This document shows, one piece after another, positions 18,365-29,065 of a DNA stretch of 64,000 nucleotides. A program made the translations under genes and the position numbers. The stretch's first letter is position 1. Each line of letters begins with the position of its first letter. Origin of the DNA: Thermoanaerobaculia bacterium (lineage in GTDB: Bacteria > Acidobacteriota > Thermoanaerobaculia > UBA5066). The stretch is taken from positions 3,392,001-3,456,000 of the forward strand of contig CAVRAY010000001.1 of assembly GCA_963719225.1 (NCBI GenBank). Reading direction: 5' to 3'. Below the pieces are notes generated by a model. It saw nothing but the letters and a program-made list of their open reading frames with translations, had not been told where the DNA came from and did no database searches.

Positions 18365-19356
18365 CGCTCGCGCCGGATGTTCGTGACGGCGCCGGTCTTC
18401 GGTCCCGCCGGACGCACCTCGGGGCCCGTCGGCTCGCGGAACGGTCCGCTCGCCGGGAGCATCTCGAGCCGTTTCATGAGCTCGACCACGTCGCGCGCAG
18501 AAAGGCCTTCGAACTCCATCGCGACCTCGCGTGCCCAGGCCCGGCGTCGGGAGCGGATCTCTTCCTCTTCGGCCGCGCCCTCGCGTACCACGAAACCCTC
18601 GTTCCAGGGCATCGCCCCCGCCGCTTCGGCCGGTTCGAGCTCGGCCGCTCTCGCCGCCGACGGCACGGGCCTCTCGCGCAGGACTCCCTTGTCGAGGTGG
18701 ACCTGTACGTGGGCGCGCGCGGCGGCCTTCGGGTCGTGCGTCACCATCACGATCGTCTTGCCGAACTCCGTGTTCAACCGGTCCAGGAGCCTGAGGATCT
18801 CGTCGGCGTTCTTCGCGTCGAGGTCTCCCGTGGGCTCGTCGGCCACGAGGATGACGGGGTCGGTCACGATCGCGCGCGCGATCGCGACGCGCTGCTCCTG
18901 CCCGCCGGAAAGCTGTCGCGGATAGTGCGTCATCCGGTCGCCGAGCCCCACGATGGCGAGCGCCGCGCGCGCGTGCTCGCGCCGTTCCTTCTTCGGGAGG
19001 TCCGTCAGGAAGAGCGGAAGCTCGACGTTCTCGAACGCCGTGAGAACCGGGATCAGGTTGTAGAGCTGGAAGATCAGCCCGACGTTCTGCGAGCGCCAGT
19101 CGGCGAGAGCCCCCTCCGAGAGGGACGAGATCTCGTGGCCCGAGATCACGATGCGTCCCGCGGTCGGCCGATCGAGCCCGGCGAGGAGGTTCAACAGAGT
19201 CGTCTTGCCGGAGCCTGACGGGCCCATGAGCGAGATGAACGTTCCGGCCGGGAGCGCGAGGTCGATGCCCGTGAGCACGGGGATCTCGATCGCGTCGCGC
19301 TTGTAGACCTTGGAAACCCCCTCGACCGAGATCAGCGGGGGCGCCGCGGCAGTCAC
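18361..19356 (-). CDS. ABC transporter ATP-binding protein (LolD/MacB-like) with ~100-aa C-terminal extension
   Basis: [29 protein letters not shown]. Confidence 0.92.
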   Translation of the reverse strand: MTAAAPPLISVEGVSKVYKRDAIEIPVLTGIDLALPAGTFISLMGPSGSGKTTLLNLLAGLDRPTAGRIVISGHEISSLSEGALADWRSQNVGLIFQLYNLIPVLTAFENVELPLFLTDLPKKERREHARAALAIVGLGDRMTHYPRQLSGGQEQRVAIARAIVTDPVILVADEPTGDLDAKNADEILRLLDRLNTEFGKTIVMVTHDPKAAARAHVQVHLDKGVLRERPVPSAARAAELEPAEAAGAMPWNEGFVVREGAAEEEEIRSRRRAWAREVAMEFEGLSARDVVELMKRLEMLPASGPFREPTGPEVRPAGPKTGAVTNIRRER

Positions 19357-19360
19357 GCCG

Positions 19361-20551
19361 TCACTCCCGCACCTTCACCCGCGCGCTCTCGGAAAGCGCC
19401 GGGGTCGACGCCGCCGCGACGAGCTCCTCTCCGCCGCTCAGCCCTTCGAGGATCTCGAGAGCGCCGTCCGACTCGCGGCCGACCTTGACCTGACGGAACG
19501 AGACACGGTCGTCGGCGATGAGCCAGACGCCGGAAATGCCGTCGCGGGTCACGACCGCGCCCTTCGGCACCTCGACGTGCTTCTTCACCTCCCGTCCTTC
19601 CGTCGATTCCGAGGTGAAGCTGACCTTCGCGGAGAGATCCGGCAGGATTCGCGCGTCGGGATCAACGATCGCGACCTTGACCTTCACGGTGCCCTTCTGG
19701 CGGTCGGCCGACGGGACGATCTGCTTGAGGACCCCGTGGTAGATGCGGTCGGGATACGCGTCGAGGACGATCTCGGCGGGCTGCTTTCCGGACAGCCGCG
19801 CGAGATTCGCCTCGTTGACGTCGGTGCCGACGTAGAAACTCGCGAAATCCACGAGGGTGACGATCGCTCCGCCCGCCTGAGAGCCCTGCCCGGGCTGGCC
19901 GTAGGGTGAGACGGCTTCGCCGACGTGCGCGCGCTTGGCGACGACCACTCCGTCGAAAGGCGCCCGGAGCACCGTGTAATCCATCAGCGCCCGGACGTAG
20001 CGTACACGCGCGCGGCGGGAAGCTTCGAGGTTGACGGCGGCGTCGTAGGCCGACTTCGACGCGACGCCATGGCCCCAGAGCGTCTTCTGACGCTCGAGGT
20101 CGGCACGCGCGTTTTCCCATTCCGCCGAAGCGTCGGCGAGCTGCGCGTCGAGGTCGGTGTGGTCGAGACGCGCGAGAACGTCGCCCTTCTTCACGCGGGA
20201 CCCCTCAGTGACCGTCATTTCCGTGATTCGGGAAGTGATCTTCGGCGAGACGTCCGCCCGCGTCTCCGCCTCGACGTAGCCTGTAGCCGACAGTAGCGTC
20301 AGGCGCTGTCCTTCGGTCAGGAGGATCGCCGTCACTTTCTCGACGGGAACCGCGCTGAAGGCCGGTGCGGCGGCACGCGCGGCGGCGGAACGGGACGCGG
20401 GGTTGAGCCACAGGACGGCCGCGCCTGCGAGCACCGCCAGCGCCAGGGCCAGGCCGACCCAGAGCCGGACGCGACTCCGCGACGAGTCCGCCTGCCGGTT
20501 GATCCGCAGGACCGAAAGCTCGGGCGGCTCGGGGGACGGAACCGGACCCAT
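19361..20551 (-). CDS. Efflux periplasmic adaptor subunit (MacA-like MFP)
   Basis: N-terminal TM; [38 protein letters not shown]. Confidence 0.9.
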   Translation of the reverse strand: MGPVPSPEPPELSVLRINRQADSSRSRVRLWVGLALALAVLAGAAVLWLNPASRSAAARAAAPAFSAVPVEKVTAILLTEGQRLTLLSATGYVEAETRADVSPKITSRITEMTVTEGSRVKKGDVLARLDHTDLDAQLADASAEWENARADLERQKTLWGHGVASKSAYDAAVNLEASRRARVRYVRALMDYTVLRAPFDGVVVAKRAHVGEAVSPYGQPGQGSQAGGAIVTLVDFASFYVGTDVNEANLARLSGKQPAEIVLDAYPDRIYHGVLKQIVPSADRQKGTVKVKVAIVDPDARILPDLSAKVSFTSESTEGREVKKHVEVPKGAVVTRDGISGVWLIADDRVSFRQVKVGRESDGALEILEGLSGGEELVAAASTPALSESARVKVRE

Positions 20552-20613
20552 AGGACCAGAACAGGATACAGCCGAAACAGACGGCCTTCGGATATCGTAC
20601 CTCGCCGGGCGAA

Positions 20614-21816
20614 ATGGAACCTCTCAACAAATCCGCGGATCTCTCCGCCTTGCGCATCGAACGGGACGACGCGTCCCGCGGCCGTCGGTTCCTGTGGGCC
20701 GGGATCGCGACGCTCTGGGTGGCCGCGCTGGCCGCCCTCTTCTTCCTCGGCCGCGTGCGGGGGATCGCACTTCGATCGCCCGAGGTCGCGACGACCCGGG
20801 CGGTACTCGTGACCCCGACGCAGGCGTCGACGATCCTCACGGCCTCGGGCTACATCGTGGCCCGGTCGAAAGCCGAGATCTCGCCGAAGACCGTCGGACG
20901 CATCGCATGGATCAACCTCGAAGAGGGCCAGCGCGTGAAGAAGGGCGAGCTCGTCGCGCGTCTCGAGGCGCAGGAGCTGGACGCGCAGAAAAAGTCCTCG
21001 CTGGCCCAGCGCGACCAGGCCCTCGCCCAGCTCGCGAACGCGCGCCGCGACCGCGTACGCGCCCAGCAGCTCCTCGACGAGAAGATCGGGACGCAGCAGG
21101 CTTACGACACGGCGGATTCCCAGGTCAAGGCGCTCGAGGCCCAGGTCGCGACGTACGAGGCCCAGGCCCGTTACTACGACGAGCAGATCCGGAACGCCGA
21201 GATCTACGCCCCGATCGACGGCGTCGTGACCGTGAAGAAGGCGTTCCTCGGCGAAACCGTGGCGCCGCAGGGTTTCGGGGCCGGCTCGGCGGGCGCGACC
21301 TTCGCGATCATCGTGGACCTGTCCTCTCTCGAGATGGAAGCCGACATCAACGAGCAGAACGTCGGGAAGCTCGTTCTCTCCCAGCCGGCCGAGGTCACGC
21401 TCGACGCGTATCCGGACAAGCCCTACAAAGCGCGCCTGAGGCAGATCGTTCCGACGGCCGATCGCCAGAAGGGCTCGGTCAAGGTGAAGATCGAGCTCCT
21501 CGACAAGGACGCGAAGGTCCTCCCCGAGATGTCCTGCCGCGTCGTCTTCCTGAACCCCCAGACGAAAGTCGACGAGAAGGCGAAACCGAAGGTGATGGTC
21601 CCGTCAGCGTCCGTCGTGGACGTCGGCGGCGAGAAGGGCGTTCTCCTCGTCGCGAACGGCAAGGCCACGTTCAAGCCGGTCGCGTTCGGAGCCGCGGCCG
21701 GCGCCCAGGTGGAGGCGACGTCGGGCCTTTCGGGCGGCGAAGAGATCGTCGCCGACGCGGCGAAGGCGTCGCACACCTGGCGTGGGGAGCAGAAAGTCCG
21801 CATCAAGAAGGACTGA
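20614..21816 (+). CDS. Efflux periplasmic adaptor subunit (MacA-like MFP)
   Basis: EEGQRVKKGELVARLE, YAPIDGVV, PTADRQKGSVKVK. Confidence 0.9.
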   Translation: MEPLNKSADLSALRIERDDASRGRRFLWAGIATLWVAALAALFFLGRVRGIALRSPEVATTRAVLVTPTQASTILTASGYIVARSKAEISPKTVGRIAWINLEEGQRVKKGELVARLEAQELDAQKKSSLAQRDQALAQLANARRDRVRAQQLLDEKIGTQQAYDTADSQVKALEAQVATYEAQARYYDEQIRNAEIYAPIDGVVTVKKAFLGETVAPQGFGAGSAGATFAIIVDLSSLEMEADINEQNVGKLVLSQPAEVTLDAYPDKPYKARLRQIVPTADRQKGSVKVKIELLDKDAKVLPEMSCRVVFLNPQTKVDEKAKPKVMVPSASVVDVGGEKGVLLVANGKATFKPVAFGAAAGAQVEATSGLSGGEEIVADAAKASHTWRGEQKVRIKKD

Positions 21817-21842
21817 CGAAAGAACGAGACAAGGAGACCCGA

Positions 21843-22589
21843 TTGAGCGCAGCCGTCCCCCTCATCCGCATCGATTCGCTCGTGAAACAGTACACGCGCG
21901 ACACCCAGGTCCTCACCGTGCTCGACAACCTCTCGCTCACGGTCGACGAGGGTGATTTCATGGCCCTCATGGGTCCCTCGGGCTCGGGCAAGACCACGCT
22001 CCTGAACCTCATCGCGGGCATCGACCGGCCGACCTCGGGCCGGATCCTCGTCGGCGACAAGGAGGTCTCGTCCATGAGCGAGGGCGCGCTCGCGAAATGG
22101 CGCAGCGCGAACATCGGCTTCATCTTCCAGCTCTACAACCTCGTGCCGGTGCTCACGGCGTTCGAGAACGTGGAGCTGCCTCTCCTCCTCACGAGCATGA
22201 ACCGGGCGCGTCGGAAAAAGCAGGTCGAGCTCGCGCTCTCGGTCGTGAACCTCACGGACCGGATGGACCACTACCCGCGGCAGCTCTCGGGCGGGCAGGA
22301 GCAGCGTGTCGCCATCGCGCGCGCGATCGCGACGGACCCGAAGGTGCTCGTGGCGGACGAGCCGACGGGTGACCTCGACGCGAAGAGCGGCGAGGAGATC
22401 CTCGTCCTCATGGAGCGCCTCAACTCCGAGTTCAAGAAGACCGTCGTCATGGTGACGCACGATCCGAAGGCCGCGTCGCGGGCGCACCGCCTCGTCCACC
22501 TCGACAAGGGCGTGCTGAAGGAGGACGTGCACGCCGAGCGCGGGAAGGCCGTCGGCATGGCCGCGGCGATCTCGGCCTCCTCGACCTGA
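21843..22589 (+). CDS. ABC transporter ATP-binding protein
   Basis: TTG start after AAGGAG; [24 protein letters not shown]. Confidence 0.9.
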   Translation: MSAAVPLIRIDSLVKQYTRDTQVLTVLDNLSLTVDEGDFMALMGPSGSGKTTLLNLIAGIDRPTSGRILVGDKEVSSMSEGALAKWRSANIGFIFQLYNLVPVLTAFENVELPLLLTSMNRARRKKQVELALSVVNLTDRMDHYPRQLSGGQEQRVAIARAIATDPKVLVADEPTGDLDAKSGEEILVLMERLNSEFKKTVVMVTHDPKAASRAHRLVHLDKGVLKEDVHAERGKAVGMAAAISASST

Positions 22590-22604
22590 GGGATCGGAAG
22601 GCCG

Positions 22605-23765
22605 ATGAAGTTCTTCCCGTTCGTCTTCAAGAACCTCCTGCGCAAGAAGACGCGCTCGCTTCTCACGATCGCGTCGATCCTCCTGCCTCTCCTCGTCATC
22701 TGCATCCTGGGGACGCTCCTGCGCACGCTCGAGCACGATCCGACGGGCGGCAAGGGCATGTTCCGCCTCATCGTGAGGCACAAGGTTTCGCTCACGAACT
22801 GGGTCCTGGAAGCCGACATGCCGAAGATCCAGCAGCTTCCCGGGGTGACGGAGATCGTGCGCATGAACTGGTTCGGCGGCTCCTACATCGACCACCGCCC
22901 CGAGAACATGTTCGCGCGCTTCTCGACCTCGGATCCCGAGAAGCTCCTCAGGGTCTTCGACGAGGCGTCCATCGTTCGGGGCAGCGCCCAGGACTGGCTG
23001 TCCGACCGGAGCGGCCTCCTCGTGGGCGAGCTGCTCATGAAGAAGTACGGCTGGCGGCTCGGTCAGAAGATCTCGCTCAAGGGCGACATCTACCCGGTCA
23101 ACCTCGAACTCACGATCCGCGCCACCTTCAAGGCGCCGGACGAGACCGGGGTCTACTTCCACCACCAGACGATCGAGGAGGCGCTTCCCCGGGTGAAAGG
23201 CTTCGTGGGGTGGTACTGGATCAAGGCCGCGTCCCTGGAGGCCGTCGAGCGGCTGCCGAAACAGATCGACGCGATGTTCGAGAACAGCGATCGCCCCACG
23301 CGGACCGAGACCGAGAAGGAGATGCAGAACGGATTCGTCTCGATGCTCGGCAACGTCAAGCTGCTCGTGACGTCCATCGGCACGATCATCGTCTGCGTCA
23401 TCCTCCTCATCGCGGCGAACACGATGGCGATGACGGCTCGCGAACGAGTCACGGAAATCGCCGTCCTGAGAACGCTCGGCTTCCCGAAGCGGACGATCCT
23501 CGGGCTGATCCTGGGCGAGAGCCTCCTCCTCTCCCTCATCGGCGGTCTCCTCGGCGTGGGACTGTTCGTCCTCGCCTTTCCCGGCTTCCGGCAGGGACTG
23601 CTCTATTCGCCCATGGGCGGCTTCGCCGGGGGAATGCAGGTCTTCCCCGAGGTCGTCGCCACGGGCTTCGTCGTCGCCGTTCTCGTCGGCCTCCTCGCCG
23701 GACTCGTGCCCGCGGTCCGGTCCGCCCAGCGCTCGATTCCAGACGGCCTGAGACAGGTCGGCTGA
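22605..23765 (+). CDS. ABC transporter permease (MacB/FtsX family)
   Basis: [31 protein letters not shown]; paralog of 17207..18364. Confidence 0.9.
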   Translation: MKFFPFVFKNLLRKKTRSLLTIASILLPLLVICILGTLLRTLEHDPTGGKGMFRLIVRHKVSLTNWVLEADMPKIQQLPGVTEIVRMNWFGGSYIDHRPENMFARFSTSDPEKLLRVFDEASIVRGSAQDWLSDRSGLLVGELLMKKYGWRLGQKISLKGDIYPVNLELTIRATFKAPDETGVYFHHQTIEEALPRVKGFVGWYWIKAASLEAVERLPKQIDAMFENSDRPTRTETEKEMQNGFVSMLGNVKLLVTSIGTIIVCVILLIAANTMAMTARERVTEIAVLRTLGFPKRTILGLILGESLLLSLIGGLLGVGLFVLAFPGFRQGLLYSPMGGFAGGMQVFPEVVATGFVVAVLVGLLAGLVPAVRSAQRSIPDGLRQVG

Positions 23766-23775
23766 AAGGACTCTG

Positions 23776-24954
23776 ATGCTCGGCATTCCGCTCAAGTACA
23801 ACATCCGGAACCTCTTCGTGAGGAAGGTCACGACGTCCCTCACCGTTCTCGGCATCGGCCTCGTCGTGGCGGTCTTCCTGTGCGTCATGTCGCTCGGCGA
23901 GGGGCTGACGCGCGTTTTCACGGCCTCGGGCTCCGAGAACAACGTCCTCGTGCTGCGCCAGAACGCGCAGTCGGAGCTCCAGTCCGGCATCACGCGCGAC
24001 CAGGTGCCTCTCATCATGACGCTTCCCGGCATCTCGCCCGACACGGACGGAAAGCCGCTGGCGTCTCCCGAGCTCGTCATCGTCCTGAACATCGAGAAAC
24101 GGGACGGCGGCTCTTCCAACGTCACGATCCGCGGGATCGGCGAGAAGGGCATGAAGCTCCGTTCCGGCCTCACGCTCGTCGAGGGCCGGATGTTCTCGCC
24201 GGGGAAGTCCGAGGTCATCGTCTCGAAGGGCGTTTCGAGCCGCTTCAAGGACTGCGCCACGGGCCAGACCATCAAGTTCGGCGCCTACCGGTGGACGGTG
24301 GTGGGCCTCTTCGACGCCGGCGGCACCGCCCCGGACAGCGAGATCTGGACGGACGTCGAGGGCATGATCACGGACTTCAAGCGCAACGGATACTCCTCCG
24401 TCCTCGCGCGGACCGCGGGCCGCGCGGCCCGGGACCAGCTGCAGGCGGGTCTCGCGGGCGATCCGCGTCTCGCGCTCGAGGGGAAGGTCGAACGTACGTA
24501 TTACGACGACCAGACGGTCACGGCGGCACCGATCAAGTTTCTCGGGTTCTTCGTGGGCGTCGTCATGGCGATCGGCGCCTGCTTCGGCGCGATGAACACG
24601 ATGTACGCGGCCGTGGCCGCCCGCACGCGCGAGATCGCGACGCTGCGCGCGCTCGGCTTCTCGCGCCTCTCCGTCCTCCTGTCGTTCGTCTTCGAGTCGC
24701 TCTGCCTCGCGCTCCTCGGCGGAGCCCTCGGATGCGTCCTCGGACTCCTCGCCGTGAAGATCGCGCTTTCCGGCGTCACCGGGACCACGAACTTCGCGAC
24801 GTTCTCGGAAGTCGTCTTCGCCTTCCGTCTCACGCCGGCGCTCCTCGTGACCGGGATCGTCTTCTCCCTCGTCATGGGATTCTTCGGCGGCCTCTTCCCG
24901 GCCGGACGCGCGGCGTTCACGAGAATTACGACTGCCCTGAGGCAGGTAGGCTGA
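23776..24954 (+). CDS. ABC transporter permease (MacB/FtsX family)
   Basis: [34 protein letters not shown]; paralog of 16023..17207. Confidence 0.9.
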   Translation: MLGIPLKYNIRNLFVRKVTTSLTVLGIGLVVAVFLCVMSLGEGLTRVFTASGSENNVLVLRQNAQSELQSGITRDQVPLIMTLPGISPDTDGKPLASPELVIVLNIEKRDGGSSNVTIRGIGEKGMKLRSGLTLVEGRMFSPGKSEVIVSKGVSSRFKDCATGQTIKFGAYRWTVVGLFDAGGTAPDSEIWTDVEGMITDFKRNGYSSVLARTAGRAARDQLQAGLAGDPRLALEGKVERTYYDDQTVTAAPIKFLGFFVGVVMAIGACFGAMNTMYAAVAARTREIATLRALGFSRLSVLLSFVFESLCLALLGGALGCVLGLLAVKIALSGVTGTTNFATFSEVVFAFRLTPALLVTGIVFSLVMGFFGGLFPAGRAAFTRITTALRQVG

Positions 24955-24968
24955 CCCCGCGGCTGACG

Positions 24969-25817
24969 CTACTTCAGAAGCACTTCCTCGATAAAGGCGA
25001 GTGCGCGCGGGTCTTTCGACTGGCCGAGCCAGAACATCGCCTTCTTCCGGACCGCGGGGTTCCGGTGCCTTCGCGCGACGTCGATGAGGAGCGGCACGCC
25101 CTCGTCTTTCGGGAGCTGCGAGAGGGCGAAGACGGCCCTCACCTTGACCTCGGTCTCGGGATCGTTGGCGATCGCGTCCGTGATGGCGCCCACCGCCTTC
25201 GTTCCCGCTCTTTGCGCGAGCCAGAAGAGCGACTGGCCACGCACATGGTCGCTCGCGTCGTGGCGCGCGAGGTCGATGAGCGCGGGGATCGCCGCCGGAT
25301 CGGCGTGGAGGGAGAGCGCCGCAAGGGCGCCGTCTTTCTTGCGCGTCCCGCCGCGCGGGAGCGCCGCGAGGAACGCGACGCTCTCGGCGGGCCGGACTCC
25401 CGTCAGGACGACGACGGGAACGTCCCCGGGATCGACCGGGCAGTCGTCCGAGACGCTGCGCACGCGCTCGACGGCCCCGTTTTCCATGCGCACGAGGACG
25501 ACGAGCGCGCGGTGGTCATCCGCGCCCGGAAGAACGTTCCCCTCGTTCTCCCCGCCGCGCGACATCGTCCACGACCTCTCCTTTTCGAGAGTGCATCGGC
25601 CGCTCATCCTCGGACCCCGCTCGAAGCCGTCCAGCGTGTCGTAGCAGCAGACGTGGGAGCCCGGATCGGACACCGGAACTTCCCAGGCGATCCACGCGGG
25701 CCCCTTCGTGCCGGCGGCGGCGGAGATCGCAGACGCGAGATCGGGAGTCGCCGGCCGCGTCGGGGCCGATGCGGGAAGAAGGAGCGCGAGGAGGAGCGGG
25801 AGCGGCACGGCATTCAC
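24969..25817 (-). CDS. Secreted HEAT-repeat protein
   Basis: Signal peptide; VRGQSLFWLAQ, VKVRAVFALSQ and VRKKAMFWLGQ repeats. Confidence 0.85.
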   Translation of the reverse strand: MNAVPLPLLLALLLPASAPTRPATPDLASAISAAAGTKGPAWIAWEVPVSDPGSHVCCYDTLDGFERGPRMSGRCTLEKERSWTMSRGGENEGNVLPGADDHRALVVLVRMENGAVERVRSVSDDCPVDPGDVPVVVLTGVRPAESVAFLAALPRGGTRKKDGALAALSLHADPAAIPALIDLARHDASDHVRGQSLFWLAQRAGTKAVGAITDAIANDPETEVKVRAVFALSQLPKDEGVPLLIDVARRHRNPAVRKKAMFWLGQSKDPRALAFIEEVLLK

Positions 25818-26842
25818 TTTGCGAGAATCTCCATCATGTAGTCCGTCGCTTCCTTCGACTGCATCAGAGAAAGCTTCTTCACGGCCTCGGTCTTCAGCTC
25901 GCGGTCCTTCTCGCCCCGGGCGATTTCCAGGAGCGCGTGCACGTTGTGCTGGAGGAAGTAAGCCTGAAGGACGCGCTTCTTCACGCTCCTGTCGGGATCG
26001 GACCGATAGATGTCCCGAAGCAGAGCGGCGGTCTTTTCCTTGCCTATCATGCCGAGCTTCTGGATGGCCTCGCCTCGAAGCTCGGGGTCCTTCTCGCCCT
26101 TCGCGAGCTCGGCGAGGTCTTCGGAGTCGCCGCCAATCATCATGGACTTGATGACCCTGAGCTTGATCTCGCGTGAGGTCGCGGTCCGGTAGAGCGTCGC
26201 GAGATCCTCCCGCGCGCCGATCATGCCGAGGTACTGGATCGCCTTTTCCTGAAGCTCCGGATTCGATGTTCCCTGCGCGGTCGAGAGGAGAATCTCACGC
26301 GCGCGGGGCGTCTTGCTCTGCGCGAGGACGAAAAGGGCACGTTCCCGGAGGGCCGTCGACTGGTTGCTCCGGATGATCTTTTCGAGCAGCGGCAGCGCCC
26401 GCTCGGGATCGGAAGACATGAGGCCGTTGATGGCCATCAGCTTCAGCTCCTCGTCTCCGTCCGCTTCGGAGGCGGCGCGCCCGCCCGGCCGGATCTCGGT
26501 CTCGAGCACGCGTGCGTCTTTCAGCCACGAGCTCTTCGGATACTTTTGCTTCAGGTCGGCGAGCGTCGTGAGCGCCTCCGCGGAGCGGCCGAGCTTGTTC
26601 TGGGCGTAGGCGATCCAGTACGCGGCGGCGTCGGCTTTCGGCCCTTTGTCGCGCGCGATTTCGCGGAACGCGTCGATCGCCTGCTCCCACTTGCCCGCGT
26701 CCAGGGCCGCAGTGCCCTTGTCGTAGGACGCGTCCGCGCCCACGGGCTCCGGAGGCGGAAAAGCGGCAGCGGACCGCGGAGAGAGAAGGAGGGCCGGGAT
26801 CAGGATGAGCGCGGCGAAAGAGAGGATCTTCCTGTACGTCAC
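25814..26842 (-). CDS. Secreted TPR/BamD-like + HEAT-repeat protein
   Basis: GTG start at 26842 (VTYRKIL...) overlapping the upstream stop; AAYWIAYAQNK, YPKSSW, LRERALFVLAQ. Confidence 0.82.
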   Translation of the reverse strand: MTYRKILSFAALILIPALLLSPRSAAAFPPPEPVGADASYDKGTAALDAGKWEQAIDAFREIARDKGPKADAAAYWIAYAQNKLGRSAEALTTLADLKQKYPKSSWLKDARVLETEIRPGGRAASEADGDEELKLMAINGLMSSDPERALPLLEKIIRSNQSTALRERALFVLAQSKTPRAREILLSTAQGTSNPELQEKAIQYLGMIGAREDLATLYRTATSREIKLRVIKSMMIGGDSEDLAELAKGEKDPELRGEAIQKLGMIGKEKTAALLRDIYRSDPDRSVKKRVLQAYFLQHNVHALLEIARGEKDRELKTEAVKKLSLMQSKEATDYMMEILAK

Positions 26843-27597
26843 GTGCGGTTCCTTTCCTGGATGTTTTCCGGGGTTTTCGCGCGCGACCCGAGGACGCGCA
26901 CTTTGAAGAGCAGTCCCTGGGATTCGATCCGCCGGCGCAACGCGTCGAGCTCCGGTTCGCCGAGCTGCGACGGGCCATGCGCGACGTCGAGGAGCACCCG
27001 TTCGAGATCGTCGAGAACGCTCTGGATCATGAGATCGCCCGAGGACGCGGCGGTCTGCCGGTACAGACGGTTCGAGAGGAGGAGATCCGACGCGCGCGCT
27101 TTCTCGGAAGAGACGTCGATCGTTCCGCCGGCGGGCGCGTTCGCGAGCTCGAGGAGGAGGATCTCGGAGCGGTCGAGGTGGTCGGAGACGGCGACGAGGA
27201 GGATGCGCTCGCGGACTTCGACCTTCGACGCCTCGGGAACCGGCCGGTGCGCGGGCCAGAGGCGACCGGCCAGGAACGCGAGGGCGAGGAGAGCCGCCGC
27301 GGCGAGCGGGGGCAGGAAGCGGCGGAGCGGAAACCGCAGGAGCCGCGGCCCCGGCTCTCTCTCGCGAAGCCGCGGAGCGAGGCGCGCCCAGAGCGCGTCG
27401 GGCGGGGCCGGCGCGGCGTCGGTCTCGAGCGCCCTGGAAACTGCGTCGAGCACGGCCGCATTCGACGCGTCTCGTTCGCGGCAGAGGGAACACGAGACGA
27501 GATGTTCGCGGACGGCCGCGGAGTGACCTTCGCCCCAGCGGGAGAGGACGAGAGCTTCGTCGGTCGGATGCGTCCCTGGAGCGATCCCTCGTGTCAT
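26839..27597 (-). CDS. Zinc-binding anti-sigma factor
   Basis: HPTD...HLVSCSLC (HxxxCxxC ZAS motif), single TM segment, directly downstream of an ECF sigma. Confidence 0.8.
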   Translation of the reverse strand: MTRGIAPGTHPTDEALVLSRWGEGHSAAVREHLVSCSLCRERDASNAAVLDAVSRALETDAAPAPPDALWARLAPRLREREPGPRLLRFPLRRFLPPLAAAALLALAFLAGRLWPAHRPVPEASKVEVRERILLVAVSDHLDRSEILLLELANAPAGGTIDVSSEKARASDLLLSNRLYRQTAASSGDLMIQSVLDDLERVLLDVAHGPSQLGEPELDALRRRIESQGLLFKVRVLGSRAKTPENIQERNRT

Positions 27598-28178
27598 GGC
27601 ATCGGCTCCGGCGCCTCGGTGAAAGAGCCCACGTGCGGGCCCAGCGCGCGGCGAAGCTTCCGGACGGCGCGGAAGATGGACTGCTTCGTGCCGTTCGCGC
27701 TGAGGCCGAGGGCGGGGCCGATCTCGGCAATGGACAGACCCTCGAAATGCCGGAGGACGAAGGCCGCACGCTCCCGCGGGCTCAGCTTGCGGAGCGTGGC
27801 GAGGACGTCGCGTGAAAGGTCGGCGCTCTGAGCCACGCGGTCCGGGCCGGGGGCGCGCGACGGGAACGGATCCTTCTCGGGAAAAGCCGTCTCGGGGCGC
27901 CGTCGCCGCGACCTCAGGAGGTCTATGCAGCAGTTCGACGCGATGCAGTGGAGCCAGGTTGCGAACGAGGCGCGGGAGTCGAACTTGTCGAGCCGGCGAA
28001 AGGCCTTGATGAATGCTTCCTGCGTCATGTCCTGTGCGTCCTCCTGGCTGCCGGTGATCCGATAAGCGAGTCGGTGGGTCGATCGGCCGTGGCGGTCCAC
28101 CAGCAGGCGGAACGCGTCGAGATCACCCTGCCGCACTCGCGCGATGGCGGCCTCATCGCTTTCCTCCATCCACTCCAT
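27594..28178 (-). CDS. ECF-type RNA polymerase sigma factor (start may be ATG at 28169)
   Basis: DAQDMTQEAFIKA, FATWLHCI, LSPRERAAFVLRHFEGLSIAEI. Confidence 0.93.
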   Translation of the reverse strand: MEWMEESDEAAIARVRQGDLDAFRLLVDRHGRSTHRLAYRITGSQEDAQDMTQEAFIKAFRRLDKFDSRASFATWLHCIASNCCIDLLRSRRRRPETAFPEKDPFPSRAPGPDRVAQSADLSRDVLATLRKLSPRERAAFVLRHFEGLSIAEIGPALGLSANGTKQSIFRAVRKLRRALGPHVGSFTEAPEPMP

Positions 28179-28205
28179 TAGACGGCGAAAAGGCGGTGTG
28201 GTTTT
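28179..28205 (-). promoter_or_regulatory. Putative autoregulated ECF promoter (AAAAC-N16-CGTCTA)
   Basis: Matches the AAC...CGT ECF consensus immediately upstream of the sigma gene. Confidence 0.6.
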
Positions 28206-28252
28206 GTCTCACAGAAACCGACGCCCGCCGGACGCGTTCCCCGTTCCTTTTG

Positions 28253-28258
28253 TATAGT
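28253..28258 (+). promoter_or_regulatory. -10 element TATAGT 6 nt before ATG of EVE gene (leaderless)
   Basis: TATAGT-ccccgc-ATG; no Shine-Dalgarno. Confidence 0.5.
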
Positions 28259-28264
28259 CCCCGC

Positions 28265-28654
28265 ATGGCCGACTTCCTGCTCAAGACCGAGCCTTCGGAC
28301 TACTCCTTCGACGACCTCGTGAAGGAGAAGCAGACCGTCTGGACGGGGGTCAAGAACCCCGTGGCGATCCGCCACCTGCTCTCCACGAAGAAAGGCGACC
28401 GGCTCGTGATCTATCACACCGGCGACGTGAAGTCGGCGGTCGGGCTCGCCACCGTCGTCTCCGCGGACACCGATCCGAAGAGCCCGACCGATCCCCACGT
28501 CGTCGTCGCAGCCGGAAAACCCCTCGCCTCGCCGGTCCCGCTCGCCAGGATCAAGGCCGAGAAGCTCTTCGCGCAGTCGCCGCTCGTCCGGATGGGTCGG
28601 CTCTCGGTCGTCCCGCTCACGCTCCCGCAGTACCGCTATCTCGCCGGCGGCTGA
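28265..28654 (+). CDS. EVE domain protein
   Basis: LLKTEPSDYSFDDL, WTGVKNP, GDRLVIYHTG, RLSVVP. Confidence 0.9.
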   Translation: MADFLLKTEPSDYSFDDLVKEKQTVWTGVKNPVAIRHLLSTKKGDRLVIYHTGDVKSAVGLATVVSADTDPKSPTDPHVVVAAGKPLASPVPLARIKAEKLFAQSPLVRMGRLSVVPLTLPQYRYLAGG

Positions 28655-28660
28655 CACGCG

Positions 28661-29065
28661 GTGTTCTTCACGCGCGCCCAGGAGATCGCCCTCGCGGCGC
28701 TGCCCCTCCTCGATCCGCGCGGGCCGCACGGGAAGGGCCGGGGCGTCGCCACCCTCGCGCAGGCGGCCGCGGTCCCCGCGCCGTTCCTCTCCAAGGTGCT
28801 GGGGCGGCTCGTGGACCGCGGCCTCCTGAGGAGCAAGCGCGGACGGGGCGGCGGATTCGTCCTCGGCCGCCCGGCCTCGGACATCACGCTCGCCGACGTC
28901 GCCCTCGCGCTCGAGAAGCGCGACGATCTCGAGCGTGCCTTTCCTCCCGTCTCCGGACCCGCCGGCGTGCTCCTCGCGCCGACGCGAAGAGACTTCCTCG
29001 AGCGCCTGCGGCGCACCCGGCTCTGCGACCTCGCCGGCGCCGAGAAGAGGCCGCTTCCTCCTTGA
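28661..29065 (+). CDS. Rrf2-family transcriptional regulator
   Basis: FLSKVLGRLVDRGLLRSKRGRGGGFVL...ITLADV; lacks the three-Cys Fe-S ligand set. Confidence 0.85.
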   Translation: MFFTRAQEIALAALPLLDPRGPHGKGRGVATLAQAAAVPAPFLSKVLGRLVDRGLLRSKRGRGGGFVLGRPASDITLADVALALEKRDDLERAFPPVSGPAGVLLAPTRRDFLERLRRTRLCDLAGAEKRPLPP

